Of a stretch of DNA of 64,000 bases, positions 21,843 to 34,012 are shown one piece after another (the stretch's first letter is position 1; each line of letters opens with the position of its first letter). The position numbers and the translations under genes were made by a program. Origin of the DNA: Torpedo marmorata (taxonomy: Eukaryota). The notes below the pieces were generated by a model that saw only the letters and a program-made list of their open reading frames with translations, was not told the origin of the DNA and did not search any database. The stretch is from NCBI GenBank assembly GCA_977017645.1, contig OZ360233.1, forward strand, positions 18,228,001-18,292,000, in the 5' to 3' direction.

Positions 21843-22268
21843 ATGTTCCTCCTTAGTTGTTATCTGATTCTATGGGCCGTTCTGCCTTGTGAGACTGATT
21901 GATCAACACGTGTCCCGCTGGGTCAGCGGCGTTTCGCGCCGTTCACACATTCTGTCTTTTGTTCCAGGGGCGAGTGGGAACGATTCGGTGACCCAAGAAC
22001 CCCCGGAATTGATTGTCAATGAAGGACAGATCGTATCACTGAGCTGCAGTTACTCGATGAATCCCAATGCATATTTCTGGTACATTCAACGTCCTGGAGA
22101 ATCTCCAAAATATTTGCTGAAAATCTATGCGTCAGGAGATGTGGTTCCGTCGCTCGATTGTCCGGAGAGGATAACGGGTTCATTGGAGAAAAAGAGCCAG
22201 ACATTCCACCTCAATAACTCGAAAACCCATGTGGAGGATTCTGCCGTGTATCTCTGCGCCGTGGAGCT
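21843..22268 (+). CDS. TRAV: TCR V segment, family A (A5), apparently functional
   Basis: Leader 21843-21888, donor GTGAGA, V exon 21968-22268, RSS 22269-22307. Confidence 0.83.
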
Positions 22269-22751
22269 CACACTGTTCCAGGGCGGTGGCAGATCCGCAC
22301 AAAAACTCATCTCGAGACATTGAATCGGACCCTATGGCTAGGGGGCGCTCTCGGCCACGCAATGGAAGCGAATACACGACCTTCCTGGAGAGTCTGCTGC
22401 AACGCCGAGATGCAGGAGATTTCCCCTCCTCTGAGCGTTTCTCTTTCTCTGCGTCCTCTGTGTCTGATGCCGTAATTTGATGTAGAAGGTAGGAAGTCAC
22501 GGAGAGAGGAAGAAACGGATAGCTGTTTGCCAGAATGAAAATGAAGGAGTGTTTGTTAGATGGAAATTGAGAGGTTAAAAAAGCGGTAAACCGCGCGGGT
22601 GGGTGTGACCGGTAGGTGATCCTTCGGCCTCTCCTTCCCAAAATCAACAACAAGCTCCTTGGTCTTGGCGAAAATAAGAACAAAATTATTGTTCTCCAAC
22701 CACGAAACCAGGTTCACCATCTCCATTCTGCATTCTGACTCATCTTTTCCA

Positions 22752-24241
22752 ATTATTATCGAGCGGCACAAATGCGATTTGTTGCATATTTTTTTGAAAC
22801 TGAAGTGGGTTGGAATAGAACTAGGAGAAATAGGAGAAAAGAAACCACAAGAATGCATATACAAATGGAATTCAAAACTGCTGACTGGGGTTAAAGAAAC
22901 GCCGTTATTAAATCATTTGATTAATGCTTGGAATAAAGTTAATGATGACATAGGGTTGAAAGGAAGTATATCACCCAAAAGGCCTTTGATACAGAATAAT
23001 CTGATACCATTTACAAAAGATAATCAAATTTTAAATACTTGGTCATTAAAAGGAATAAAGAAGATAGAAGATTGTTATGAAGGAAATCAAATGATGTCAT
23101 TTGTACAATTACGGAATAAATATGGAATACCTAATAATACACTTTTTTGTTATTTTCAATTAAGAGGTTATTTAAGAGAAAACGTAGGTCCAGACTTGTT
23201 GTTACATGATTGTAGTGAGGTAGAAACTCTTATTAGGAAAGGAAATACTAAGGAATTTACTTCTATAGTGTATTCTTTGCTACAAAGGGGAGCTTTAAAA
23301 CGAGGACTTCATAAATCTAGACAAAGATGGGAACAAGATCTTAATGTTATAATTGATGAAAAAAGGTGGTCGGATTTATGTTTAGATAGTATGACTAATA
23401 CTGTTAATGTAAGATATAGATTGGTACAATATAACATTTTACATCAATTATATCTTACACCACAAAAATTGAACAAGATAAAGTCTACGATATCAAATGG
23501 ATGCTTTAGATGTGGTGAAGAAGAGGGAACTTTTTTACATTCAACGTGGTCATGTTCAAAAGTTAAAGGTTTTTGGATAGAGTTAGGAAATCGGTTAAAA
23601 CAAATTACAGGTGTTACATTTCCACAGAATCCTGACTTATTTTTATTGGGAAACGTGGAAGGAACTCGACCAAAATTGAAGTTATCTACATGGCAATTGA
23701 AATTTGTTAAAATTGCATTAGCAGTAGCAAGGAAATGTATAGCAGTAACTTGGAAATCGGATACAAATTTAAGTATGGATAGATGGAATTCAGAGATGCA
23801 GAGTTGTATTCCATTGGAAAGAATAACATATAATATGAGGAATAAATATGGGGTATTTTTGCAAATTTGGCGTCCATTTATCCAATTATTAGGAATGAAT
23901 ATTTAAATGTGTTGCCCTACATCCTAGACCTTACTGACTCTCTGAAATTTAAATTTAAAGAACGAACATTGTTGAATATCTTGCACCGAGCCGTGGACCC
24001 GTACAGATATTTTTCTTCCTCTATCTTTCTTTTCTTATTTTTAGTAAGGGGAGGGAATAAGGGATGGGAAGGGTGGAGGGTGGGTTGTTTTAGTGAGGGT
24101 GGGTTTAGATGGGGTTAGAATCACGGTAATACGAATTTTGTATGTATTGAATTTATTAATGTTTATTATGTACCTTGTACTATTCTGTATTATTGTGAAA
24201 AATTTGAAAATTTAAAATAAAATATAAAAAAAAAACGAAAA
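22752..24241 (+). mobile_element. Second L1-clade family, 5'-truncated
   Basis: Open ORF2 C-terminus to 23906 (CFRCGEEEGTFLHSTWSC), AATAAA and polyA around 24216-24241. Confidence 0.88.
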
Positions 24242-24831
24242 AACAAGCTCCTTGGTCTTGATAACACTAAGAACAAAATTGTTGTTCTCGAACGACCCAA
24301 CCAGGTGCTCTATATCCATTCTGCATTCTGACTCATCTTTTCCAGTTATTTGGCCAAGACTGGTGGTGTCTTCAGCTAATTTGAAGATTGAGTTGGGGCT
24401 GAACTTGGCTGAACGGTCAATTGGTGCACATGGCAGAGATTGAAGGGAGGGGAGCGATAGGCACTGCTCTCGTAAGATTAAATAATTGTAAGACGGAGTC
24501 GCGTAGAGGTAGGAAGCTTAACAGAACGCGAGAAGGGGCGTGAGGGTGCAGGAAAACGAGTGAAAGTGATGGAAAGGGCGGATCGAGAGAAAAGAAGAGA
24601 GAGACGTGGGGAGTGTAAATATAGGTGGAGAAACACGTCCGAAAAAGACGGAGAATGAGAAACGGCCAACATTAACAACCAGTTTTCATTGGTTCTACAA
24701 CGGCGCTCTCTTGAGCCCATGTGCGAGGAGGGCGCCTTCCTGTGTATCCTAGAGGACGGGCTGCTACTAACGAGACCCCACTGTCTTATATCGGGGCAGA
24801 ATATGGAAATATTCGGCTGTTCACCTTCATT

Positions 24832-24984
24832 CTGGGTTCCTCACCATCCAGTAGTTTGCTGATTCTTTGGGCCGTTCTGCTTGGCGAGTCTTTGTCTGAT
24901 TGGTCAGCGCGTGTCCCTCCCGGCTCAGCGCAATTCCTCACATATCACACTGTTTCTGGGATATTGCGGAGACGCACAAAAGTT
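24832..24984 (+). pseudogene. Family-B relic, V exon deleted, RSS retained
   Basis: Same junction as 40-192; RSS 24946-24984. Confidence 0.75.
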
Positions 24985-25785
24985 CATTTTGAGATGGGAA
25001 GTGGTTTGAGAGAAAACGGCAGAAAGAAGACGGGAGAGCGTGTTAAGTATTGCGAAAAGTTAAGCAGGTGAAAACGTGAGACAGAGTGAGGTAGATAAAT
25101 AGAACGAAAGAAGGGGAGTGAGAGTGGATTCTCTGAAAGGGAGGGAGGAGATACACAGCTGGAAGGAGAAAGATGCGGGGAATGTACAGATAGAGCGTGC
25201 AATATGCGTGAAGGACGGGGAATGATATGCAGACTGTCTTATCAACTCGTTCTGATTGGTTCACGAATGGCCACACGAACCAATCCTGTGTGAGGGAAAC
25301 ACTCACATATCTGTCCTTGCCGTTGGTTCGCTCATAATATCGCCCCACCCCTTGTATAGCGGTAACACAAAGTAATATTCGATTTTGACCTTAATCCGCG
25401 TACCATGTCCTCCCTGAGTTGTTTGCTGATTCTGTGGGCCGTTCTGACTGGTGAGTCTGTCTGATTGGTCAGCGACGTCTGTCCATCGTCCTTGCTCTAC
25501 GAGTCTCCCTCTTTAACTTAATAAAAGGTATACGATTCCCCCGAGTCATACCCTCTCCGTCGCACGTTCTCCCACCGTTTACTCATTTACACACTCTCTG
25601 TTTAATGAACTTCCTCACGGTCGCTCTGTCGATCTATCTCTCTCTCTCTCGCTCCTCGCCGTTCTCGTGAGAGGGAAACGGCCCGTGTCTCCAACAAAAT
25701 GTCTGCTGCTGCCGACGTGAATTTGCGCTCTTCTATCGGGCGAACATTTGTAAAATATCCTTCCTTCGAATTTATTCCACGCATC

Positions 25786-26211
25786 ATGTTCCTCTTTAGT
25801 TGTTATCTGATTCTATGGGCCGTTCTGCCTTGTGGGACTGATTGATCAACACGTGTCCCGCGGGGTCAGCGGCGTTTCGCGCCGTTCACACATTCTGTCT
25901 TTTGTTCCAGGGGCGAGTGGGAACGATTCAGTGACCCAAGAACCCCCGGAACTGATTGTCAATGAAGGACAGATCGTATCACTGAGCTGCAGTTACTCAA
26001 TGGTTCCCAATGCATATTTCTGGTACATTCAACGTCCTGGAGAATCTCCCAAATATTTGCTGAAAATCTATGCGTCAGGAGATGTGGTTCCGTCGCTCGA
26101 TTGTCCGGAGAGGATATCGGGTTCATTGGACAAAAAGAGCCAGACATTCCACCTCAATAACTCGAAAACCCTTGTGGAGGATTCTGCCGTGTATCTCTGC
26201 GCCGTGGAGCT
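25786..26211 (+). CDS. TRAV: TCR V segment, family A (A6; duplicate of A1); weak own donor
   Basis: Leader 25786-25831, donor GTGGGA, V exon 25911-26211, RSS 26212-26250. Confidence 0.8.
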
Positions 26212-27046
26212 CACACTGTTCCAGGGCGGTGGCAGATCCGCACAAAAACTCACCTCGAGACATTGAATCGGACCCTATGGCTAGGGGGCGCTCTCGGCCA
26301 CGCAATGGAAGCGAATACACGACCTTCCTGGAGAGTCTGCTGCAACGCCGAGATGCAGGAGATTTTCCCTCCTCTGAGCGTTTCTCTTTCACTGCTGCCT
26401 CTGTGTCTCATTCCGTAATTTGAGGTGGACGGTAGGAAGTCAGGGGGAGAGGAAGAAATGGATAGCTGTTTGCCAGAATATTGTATGAAAATGAAGGAGT
26501 GTTTGTTAGATGGAAATTGAGAAATTAAAAAAGCGGTAAACCGCGCGGGTGGGTGTGACCGGTAGGTGATCCTTCGGCCTCTCCTTCCCAAAATCAACAA
26601 CAAGCTCCTTGGTCTTGGTGAAAATAAGAACATAATTGTTGTTCTCGAACCACCAAACCAGGTTCACCATCTCCATTCTGCATTCTGACTCATCTTTTCC
26701 AGTTATTTGGCCAACACTGGTGGTGTCTTCAGCTAATGTGTCGGTTGAGTTGGGGCTGAACTAGGCTGAACGGTCAATTGGTGCACATGGCAGAGATTGA
26801 AGGAAGGGAGAGATTGGAACTGCTCTCGAAAGATTAAATAAGTGTAAGACGGAGTCGCGTAGAGGTAGGAAGCTTAACAGAACGCGTGAAGGGGCGTGAG
26901 GTTTCAGGAAAACGAGTGAAGGTGATCGAAAGGGCAGAACGAGAGAAAAGAAGAGAGAGACGTCGGGAGTGTAAATATAGGTGGAGAAATAGGTCCGAAA
27001 AAGACGGAGAATGAGAAACGTCCAACATTAACAACCAGTTTTCATT

Positions 27047-28580
27047 ATTAGGAAATTTTTATGTAAAGGAAAGTTAGCAAGAGTAAGCATGGAAAAGTTA
27101 ACCTGGAATTATGAGTTGGGTGGATTGCAACTTCCTAATTTTCAAAATTATTATAAAGCAGCCCAATTAAAATTTGTTAATGAATTTTTTGATTCAACTA
27201 AATATTCTGCTTGGATTAAAATAGAATTAAATAATATAGGAGAACATTTTAAAGAAGAAATTATTTATAAATGGGATTCTAAATTAATATTATTAAAAAA
27301 GAAAAATTCACCGATTATTAAACATTTGTTAGAAATATGGGGTAAGATGGATAAAGAGATAAGTGGAAGAGGATTAATTTCTTCAAATATGCCACTATAT
27401 CAAAATGGACTTATATCATTTTTTCTTAATAATCAGTTATTTAAAATTTGGTTTCGAAAAGGTATTAAGAAGATTAATGATTGTTTTGAAGCTGGAAAAT
27501 TTATTACGTTTCAAAGAATGAAAGATAAATTTAATATACCAGATAATACATTTTTAGCTTATTATCAAGTTAAAGCTTTTTTAACTGAGAAATTAGGTCA
27601 TGCTTTGATTTTACCAAGACAAAATGAATTAGAATTATTAGTTACTAATGGAGAAGTTAATACATTTATTTCTCAAATGTATAAATTGTTTCAGAGGAAT
27701 ATGCCGAAAATAGGATTGCATAAATCAAGATTAAAATGGGAATTAGATTTAAATGTAAATATAGATGAAAATCATTGGAAAGATTTATGTAAGTTAAGTA
27801 TGACGAAAATTATTAATGTTAGATATAGATTAGTACAATATAATTTCTTTCATCAATTATACTTAACACCTAAAAAATTAAAGAAATTTAATCCGACATT
27901 ATCAGGACTATGTTTTAGATGCAATAATGAGGAAGGTTCTTTTGTTCATTCTACATGGTTTTGTCCAAAGATTCAAGATTTTTGGTTGAAAGTTAAGTTA
28001 TTTTAGATAAAATATTTAATATTACATTTCCAATTACAATTACAATTGGAGACATTAGAAAATTTAGTATTAAAAATAAATTAAATATGTTTCAAGTAGA
28101 ATTTTTACGAATTGCTTCAGCGGTTTCGAAAAAATGCATTGCTATTACTTGGAAATCTGACTTAGATTTAGGATTAGAAAGATGGCATGCAGAGTTCCGT
28201 TCGTGTATACCACTGGAAAAAATTACTTATAATTTACGTAATAAATATCATTTCTTCTTGAAAATTTGGAGCCCATATATGAGAGCTGTGCGTTTAAGGA
28301 TCTGAAGATCTCGAGATATCGGATCTACTGGCATACTTGACCTCCTTAATAGAATTAGTTTATAGATGATATTCCCCTTACTCTATCTTTTCTTTTCTTT
28401 CATTTTTCTATTTTTATTTTTACGTTTACTTTATATTACTAGATTAGTGGGGATGGGGGGGTGTTAGGGAGGGGAGGGAGGGTGGGGGGGTGAAAATGTA
28501 TCACATGTACTTTTACAATTTTATATTTTATTTTATGTATTTTGTGATTTAAAAGTTGAAATAAAATTAAAAAAAAAAAA
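27047..28580 (+). mobile_element. L1-clade fragment (duplicate)
   Basis: Same junctions and frameshift as 2254-3787. Confidence 0.88.
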
Positions 28581-28922
28581 GGCGGAGTCGCGCAGAGGTA
28601 GGAAGCTTAACAGAACGCTAAAAGGGGCGTGAGGGTGCAGGAAAACGAGTGAAGGTGATGGAAAGGGCAGAACGAGAGAAAAGAAGAGAGAGACGTGGGG
28701 AGTGTAAATATAGGTGGCGAAACACGTCCGAAAAAGACGGAGAATGAGAAACGGCCAACATTAACAAACCAGTTTTCATTGGTTCAACAACGGCGCTCTC
28801 TTGATCCCATGAGCGAGGAGGGCGCCCTCCTGTGTGTCCCAGAGGATGGGCTGCTACTAACGAGACCCCACTGTCTGATATCGGGGCAGAATATGGAAAT
28901 ATTCGGCTGTTCACCTTCATTC

Positions 28923-29383
28923 TGGCTTCCTCACCATCCAGTAGTTTGCTGATTCTATGGGCCGTTCTGCTTGGCGAGTCTCTGTCTGATTGGTCAGCGC
29001 GTGTCCCTCCCGGCTCAGCGCAATTCCTCGCATATCACACACTGCGTGTTTCATTCCAGGCACAAATGTGGAAATCTAGTGCCCCACGGACCGATGGAAC
29101 GGATGGCCGCAGGAAGTGTCACTGAGCTCCAGTTACCCGAAAAAGGTTACCGTATGTTTTTGGTACATTCAAATTCCCGTGGAATCTTGGATATATTTGG
29201 TTAAAATGTACAGCGCAGGAGATGAGGTTCCGTGTCACGATTGTCCGGACAGGATAACGGGTTCCTTGGAGAAAAGGGGCAGGTAACCTCGATATCTCCA
29301 AAGCTATTAAAGCGGACATGGCCGTTTATGTGCGCGGTGCGGCTCACATTGTTTCTGGGATATTGCGGAGACGCACAAAAGCT
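28923..29383 (+). pseudogene. TCR V pseudogene, family B (duplicate of 4130-4590)
   Basis: Near-identical copy; RSS 29345-29383. Confidence 0.78.
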
Positions 29384-30190
29384 CATTCTGAGATGGGAAG
29401 TGGTTTGAGAGAAAATGGCATAAAGAAGACGGGAGAGCGTGTTAAGGCTTGCGAAAAGTTAAGCAGGTGAAAACGTGAGACAGAGTGAGGTAGAGCAATA
29501 GAACGAAAGAAGGGGAGAGAGGGTGGAGTGAGTGAAAGGGAGGGAGGAGATCCACAGATGGAAGGAGAAAGATGCGTTGAGTGTACAGATAGAGGGTGAA
29601 ATTTGCGTGAAGGACGGGGAACTAGATACAGACTGTCTTATCAACTCCGTCTGATTGGTTCAATAATGGCGACTCGAACGAATCCTGTGTGAGGGAAACA
29701 CTCACATATCTGTCATTGACGTTGATTCGCTCATAACATCGCCCCACCCCTTGTATAGCGGTAACACAAAGAACTATTCGTTTTTGACCTTAATCCGCGT
29801 ACCATGTCCTCCCTGAGTTGTTTGCTGATTCTGTGGGCCGTTCTGACTGGTGAGTCTGTCTGATTGGTCAGCGACGTCTGTCCATCGTCCTTGCTCTTCG
29901 AGTCTCCCTCTTTAACTTAATTAAAGGTGGACAATTCCCCCAGGTCAAACCCTCTCCGTCACACGTTCTCCCACCGTTTACTCATTTACACACTCTCTGT
30001 TTACTGAACTTCCTCACGGTCGCTCTTTCGCTCTATCTCTATCTCTCTCTGTCTCGCTCCTCGCCGTTCTCGTGTAAGAGAACCGGCTCGTGTCTCCAAC
30101 AGAGTTTCTGCTGCTTCCGACGTGAGTTTGCGCTCTTCTATCGGGCGAGCATTTGTAAAATATTCTTCCTTCGAATTTAATCCGAGCATC

Positions 30191-30616
30191 ATGTTCCTCC
30201 TTAGTTGTTCGCTGATTCTATGGGCCGTTCTGCCTGGTGAGACTGATTGATCAACACGTGTCCCGCGGGGTCAGTGCCGTTTCGCGCCGTTCACACATTC
30301 TGTCTTTTGTTCCAGGGGCGAGTGGGAACGATTCAGTGACCCAAGAACCGCTGGAATTGATTGTCAATGAAGGGCAGATCGTATCACTGAGCTGCAGTTA
30401 CTCGATGAATCCCAATGCATATTTTTGGTACATTCAACGTCCTGGAGAATCTCCCAAATATTTGCTAACAATCTACAGGTCAGGAGATGTGGTTCCGTCT
30501 CCCGATTGTCCGGAGAGGATATCGGGTTCATTGGAGAAAAAGAGCCAGACATTCCACCTCAATAACTCGAAAACCCTTGTGGAGGATTCTGCCGTGTATC
30601 TCTGCGCCGTGAAGCT
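30191..30616 (+). CDS. TRAV: TCR V segment, family A (A7; duplicate of A2)
   Basis: Leader 30191-30236, V exon 30316-30616, RSS 30617-30655. Confidence 0.85.
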
Positions 30617-31593
30617 CACACTGTTCCAGGGCGGTGTCAGATCCGCACAAAAACTCACCTCGAGACATTGAATCGGACCCTATGGCTAGGGGGCGCACTC
30701 GGCCAAGCAATGGAAGCGAATACACGATCTTCCTAGAGAGTCTGCTGCAACGCCGAGATGCAGGAGATTTTCCCTCCTCTGAGCGTTTCTCTTTCTCTGC
30801 GTCCTCTGTGTCTCATTCCGTAATTTGAGGTGGAAGGTAGGAAGTCAGGGAGAGAGGAAGAAATGGATAGCTGTTTGACAGAATATTGTATGAAAATGAA
30901 GGAGTGTTTGTTAGATGGAAATTGAGAGGTTAAAAATGCTGTAAACCGCGCGGGTAGGTGTGACCGGTAGGTGATCCTTCGGCCTCTCCTTCCCAAAATC
31001 AACAACAAGCTCCTTGGTCTTGGTGAAAATAAGAACATAATTGTTGTTCTCCAACGACCAAACCAGGTTCACCATCTCCATTCTGCATTCTGACTCATCT
31101 TTTCCAGTTATTCGGCCACCACTGGTGGTGTCTTCAGCTAATGTGTCGGTTGAGTTGGGGCTGAACTTGGATGAACAGTCAATTGGTGCACATGGCAGAG
31201 ATTGAAGGGAGGGAGAGATTGGCACTGCTCTCGAAAGATTAAATAAGTGTAAGACTGAGTCGCGAAGAGGTAGGAAGCGTAACAGAACGCGAGAAGGGGC
31301 GAGAGGGTGCAGGAGAACAAGTGAAAGTGATGAAATGGTGGAGCGAGAGTGAAGAAGTGGGAGACGTGGGAATGTAAATATAGGCGGAGAAACACGTGCG
31401 AAAAAGAGCGAGAATTAGAAATGGTCAACATCAACAACCAGTTTTCGTTGGTCCAACAACGGCTTCTTATTGCGCCCACGTGCGCGGAGGGCGCCCTTCT
31501 CTCTGACCTAGACGATGGGCTGCTACTGACCAGACCCCATGTCTGATATCGGGGCATAAATGTTGAAATGTTCGTCTGGTGATCTTCATCCCG

Positions 31594-32067
31594 GCTTCCT
31601 CCCCAAGTTGAGTTGTTTGATGAATCTATGGGCCGTTCTGCTTGGCGAGTCTCTGTCTGATTGGTCAGCGCGTTTCCCACCGGCTCAGCGAAATTCCTCG
31701 CACATCACACACTGCGTGTTCGTTCCAGGCACAAATGGGGAAATCTAGTGACCCACGGACCGCCGGAACGGATGGCCGCGTGAAGGCAGACCGTGTCACT
31801 GAGCTCCAGGTACCCAACAACGGCTACCGTATATTTTTGTTACATTCAAATTCCCGTGGAATCTTGGATAGAGATGTTGAAAATCTACAGCTCAGGAAAT
31901 GTGGTTCCATCTCACGGTTGTCCGGACACGATGACGGGTTCCTTGGAGAATATGGGCCGGATATTCCACCTCAATATCCCCGAAGCTCTTGAGCGGGACT
32001 TGGCCGTTTATCTCTGCACGGTGCTGCTCACGCTGTTCCTGGGAAATTGCGGAGACGCACAAAAGGT
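31594..32067 (+). pseudogene. TCR V pseudogene, family B (duplicate of 6800-7265)
   Basis: Near-identical copy. Confidence 0.78.
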
Positions 32068-32320
32068 CATTCTGAGATGGGAAGTGGTTTGAGAGAAAAC
32101 GTAAGAAAGAAGACGGGAGAACGCGATAAGAATTGCGAAACGTTAAGCAGGTGAAAGAGTGAGACAGAGTGAGCTTGTGGAATAGAACAAGAGAAGGGGA
32201 GAGATGGTGGAGTGAGTGAAAGCGAGGGAGGAGATACACAGAGGGAAGGAGGAAGACGCGGGTTAGTGTACAGATAGAGGGAGAAACTTGCGTGAAGGAA
32301 GGGGAACGAGATGCAGACTT

Positions 32321-32363
32321 TCTTGGTCTGCAGTCAAATGATCTACCACTGAGCTATGCCCTC
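32321..32363 (-). pseudogene. tRNA-Cys fragment (duplicate)
   Basis: Identical to 7519-7561. Confidence 0.75.
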
Positions 32364-32908
32364 ATCGAGATACAGACGTTCTTAACAACTCGGTCTCATT
32401 TGTTCAATAATGGACACACGAACCAATCCTGTGTGAGGGAAACACTCTCATATCTATCCCCAGGCGTTGGTACGCTATAACATCGCCCCACGCCTTGTTT
32501 TGCGGTAACACAAATAAATATTCGCGTTTTACCGTAATCCGCGTACCATGTCCCTCCTGCGTTGTTTGCTGATTCTATGGGTTGTTCTGACTGGTGAGTC
32601 TGTCTGAGTGGTCATCGACTTCTGTCCATCGTCCTTTATCGACGTGTCTCCCTCTTTAACCTAATTAAAGTTCGGCGATTCCCCCAAGACTCACACTCCT
32701 TCGCTCACCCTCTGTTTACTCATTTAAGATTTCACTTTGTGCTCACTTAACTCACTCGCGCGGTCTCTCCCGCACTCCCGCTCTCGCCCCTCGCCGCTCT
32801 CGTGCCAGGGAAACGACCAGAGGTTCTTCTGCTTCCGACGTGCGCTGGCGAACATATGTCGGGCGAGCATTTGTAAAATATCTTTCTTTCGCATTTAGGC
32901 CGGGCACC

Positions 32909-33334
32909 ATGTTTCTCCTGAGTTTTTGGCTGATTCTATCGGCCATTCTGCCTGGTGAGACTCGTTGGGCAACACGTGACGTGCTGGATCAGCGCCGTTC
33001 CGCGCCATTCACACATTCTGTGTTTTGTTCCAGGGGCGAGTGGGAACGATTCCGTGACCCAAACACCTCCGGAATTGAGCATCGACGGAGAGCAGATCGT
33101 ATCACTGAGCTGCATTTACTCGATGAGTCCCTTCGCATATTTTTGGTACATTCAACGTCCTGGAGACTCTCCCAAATATATGCTGAAGATCTTCACGTCG
33201 GGAGATGTGGCTCTGTCTCACGATTGTTCGGAGATGATATCGGCTTCCTTGGAGAAAAAGAGCCAGAGATTCCATCTCAAAATCTCAGAAACCCGCGAGG
33301 AGGATTCCGCCGTTTATCTCTGCGCCGTGGAGCT
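32909..33334 (+). CDS. TRAV: TCR V segment (A8; duplicate of A3)
   Basis: Leader 32909-32954, V exon 33034-33334, RSS 33335-33373. Confidence 0.85.
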
Positions 33335-34012
33335 CACACTGTTCCAGGGCGGTGGCGGATCCGCACAAAAACTCACCTCGAGAATTTCCATCGCTCGCTG
33401 TGGCCAGCGGGCGCACTCGGGCACCGGCAGCCAGTTCTGTCGGTCAGTGCACTGGAAGCGTCAACACGACCTTCCTGGAGAGTCTGCTGAAAACGGCAAA
33501 ACCGAGTTGCAGGAGATTTGCCCTCCTCTGAGCGTTTCTCTTACTCTGCCTCCTCTGTGTCAGATTCCTTACTTTGAGGTGGAAGGTAGCAAGCCAGGGA
33601 AAGAGAAGGAGTGTTCTTGTGATGGAAATTGTGAGATTAATAAAGCGGTCTGTTTAGGACAGATGCGTGTTCCTTCGGCCTGTCCTTTCTAAAATCAACA
33701 ACAAGCTCCTTGGTATTGGTGACATTAAGAACAGGATTGTTGTTCTGGAACCACCCAACCAGGTTCTTGATTTCCATCATGCATTTAGTCTCATTATTCC
33801 CAGTTATCCGGCCAACACTGGTAGCGTTGTCATCTAATTTGTAGATAGAGTTGGAGCTGAACCTGGCTGCACAGTCATGGGTGCCCATGGCATAGATTAG
33901 GGGACAAAGCAGGCAGCCTTGGACTGCTCCTGTGTTGATGGTCAGCGAGGAGGAGGTGATGCTGGCGATCAGCACTGTTTGGGTCTGCAGTGAGGAAGTC
34001 AATAATCCAGTC

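Noticed and set aside
22659-23906. 415-aa ORF as a host gene or novel fusion
   Set aside because: The first ~30 aa are antisense Rex relic that happens to be in frame with a truncated L1 ORF2.
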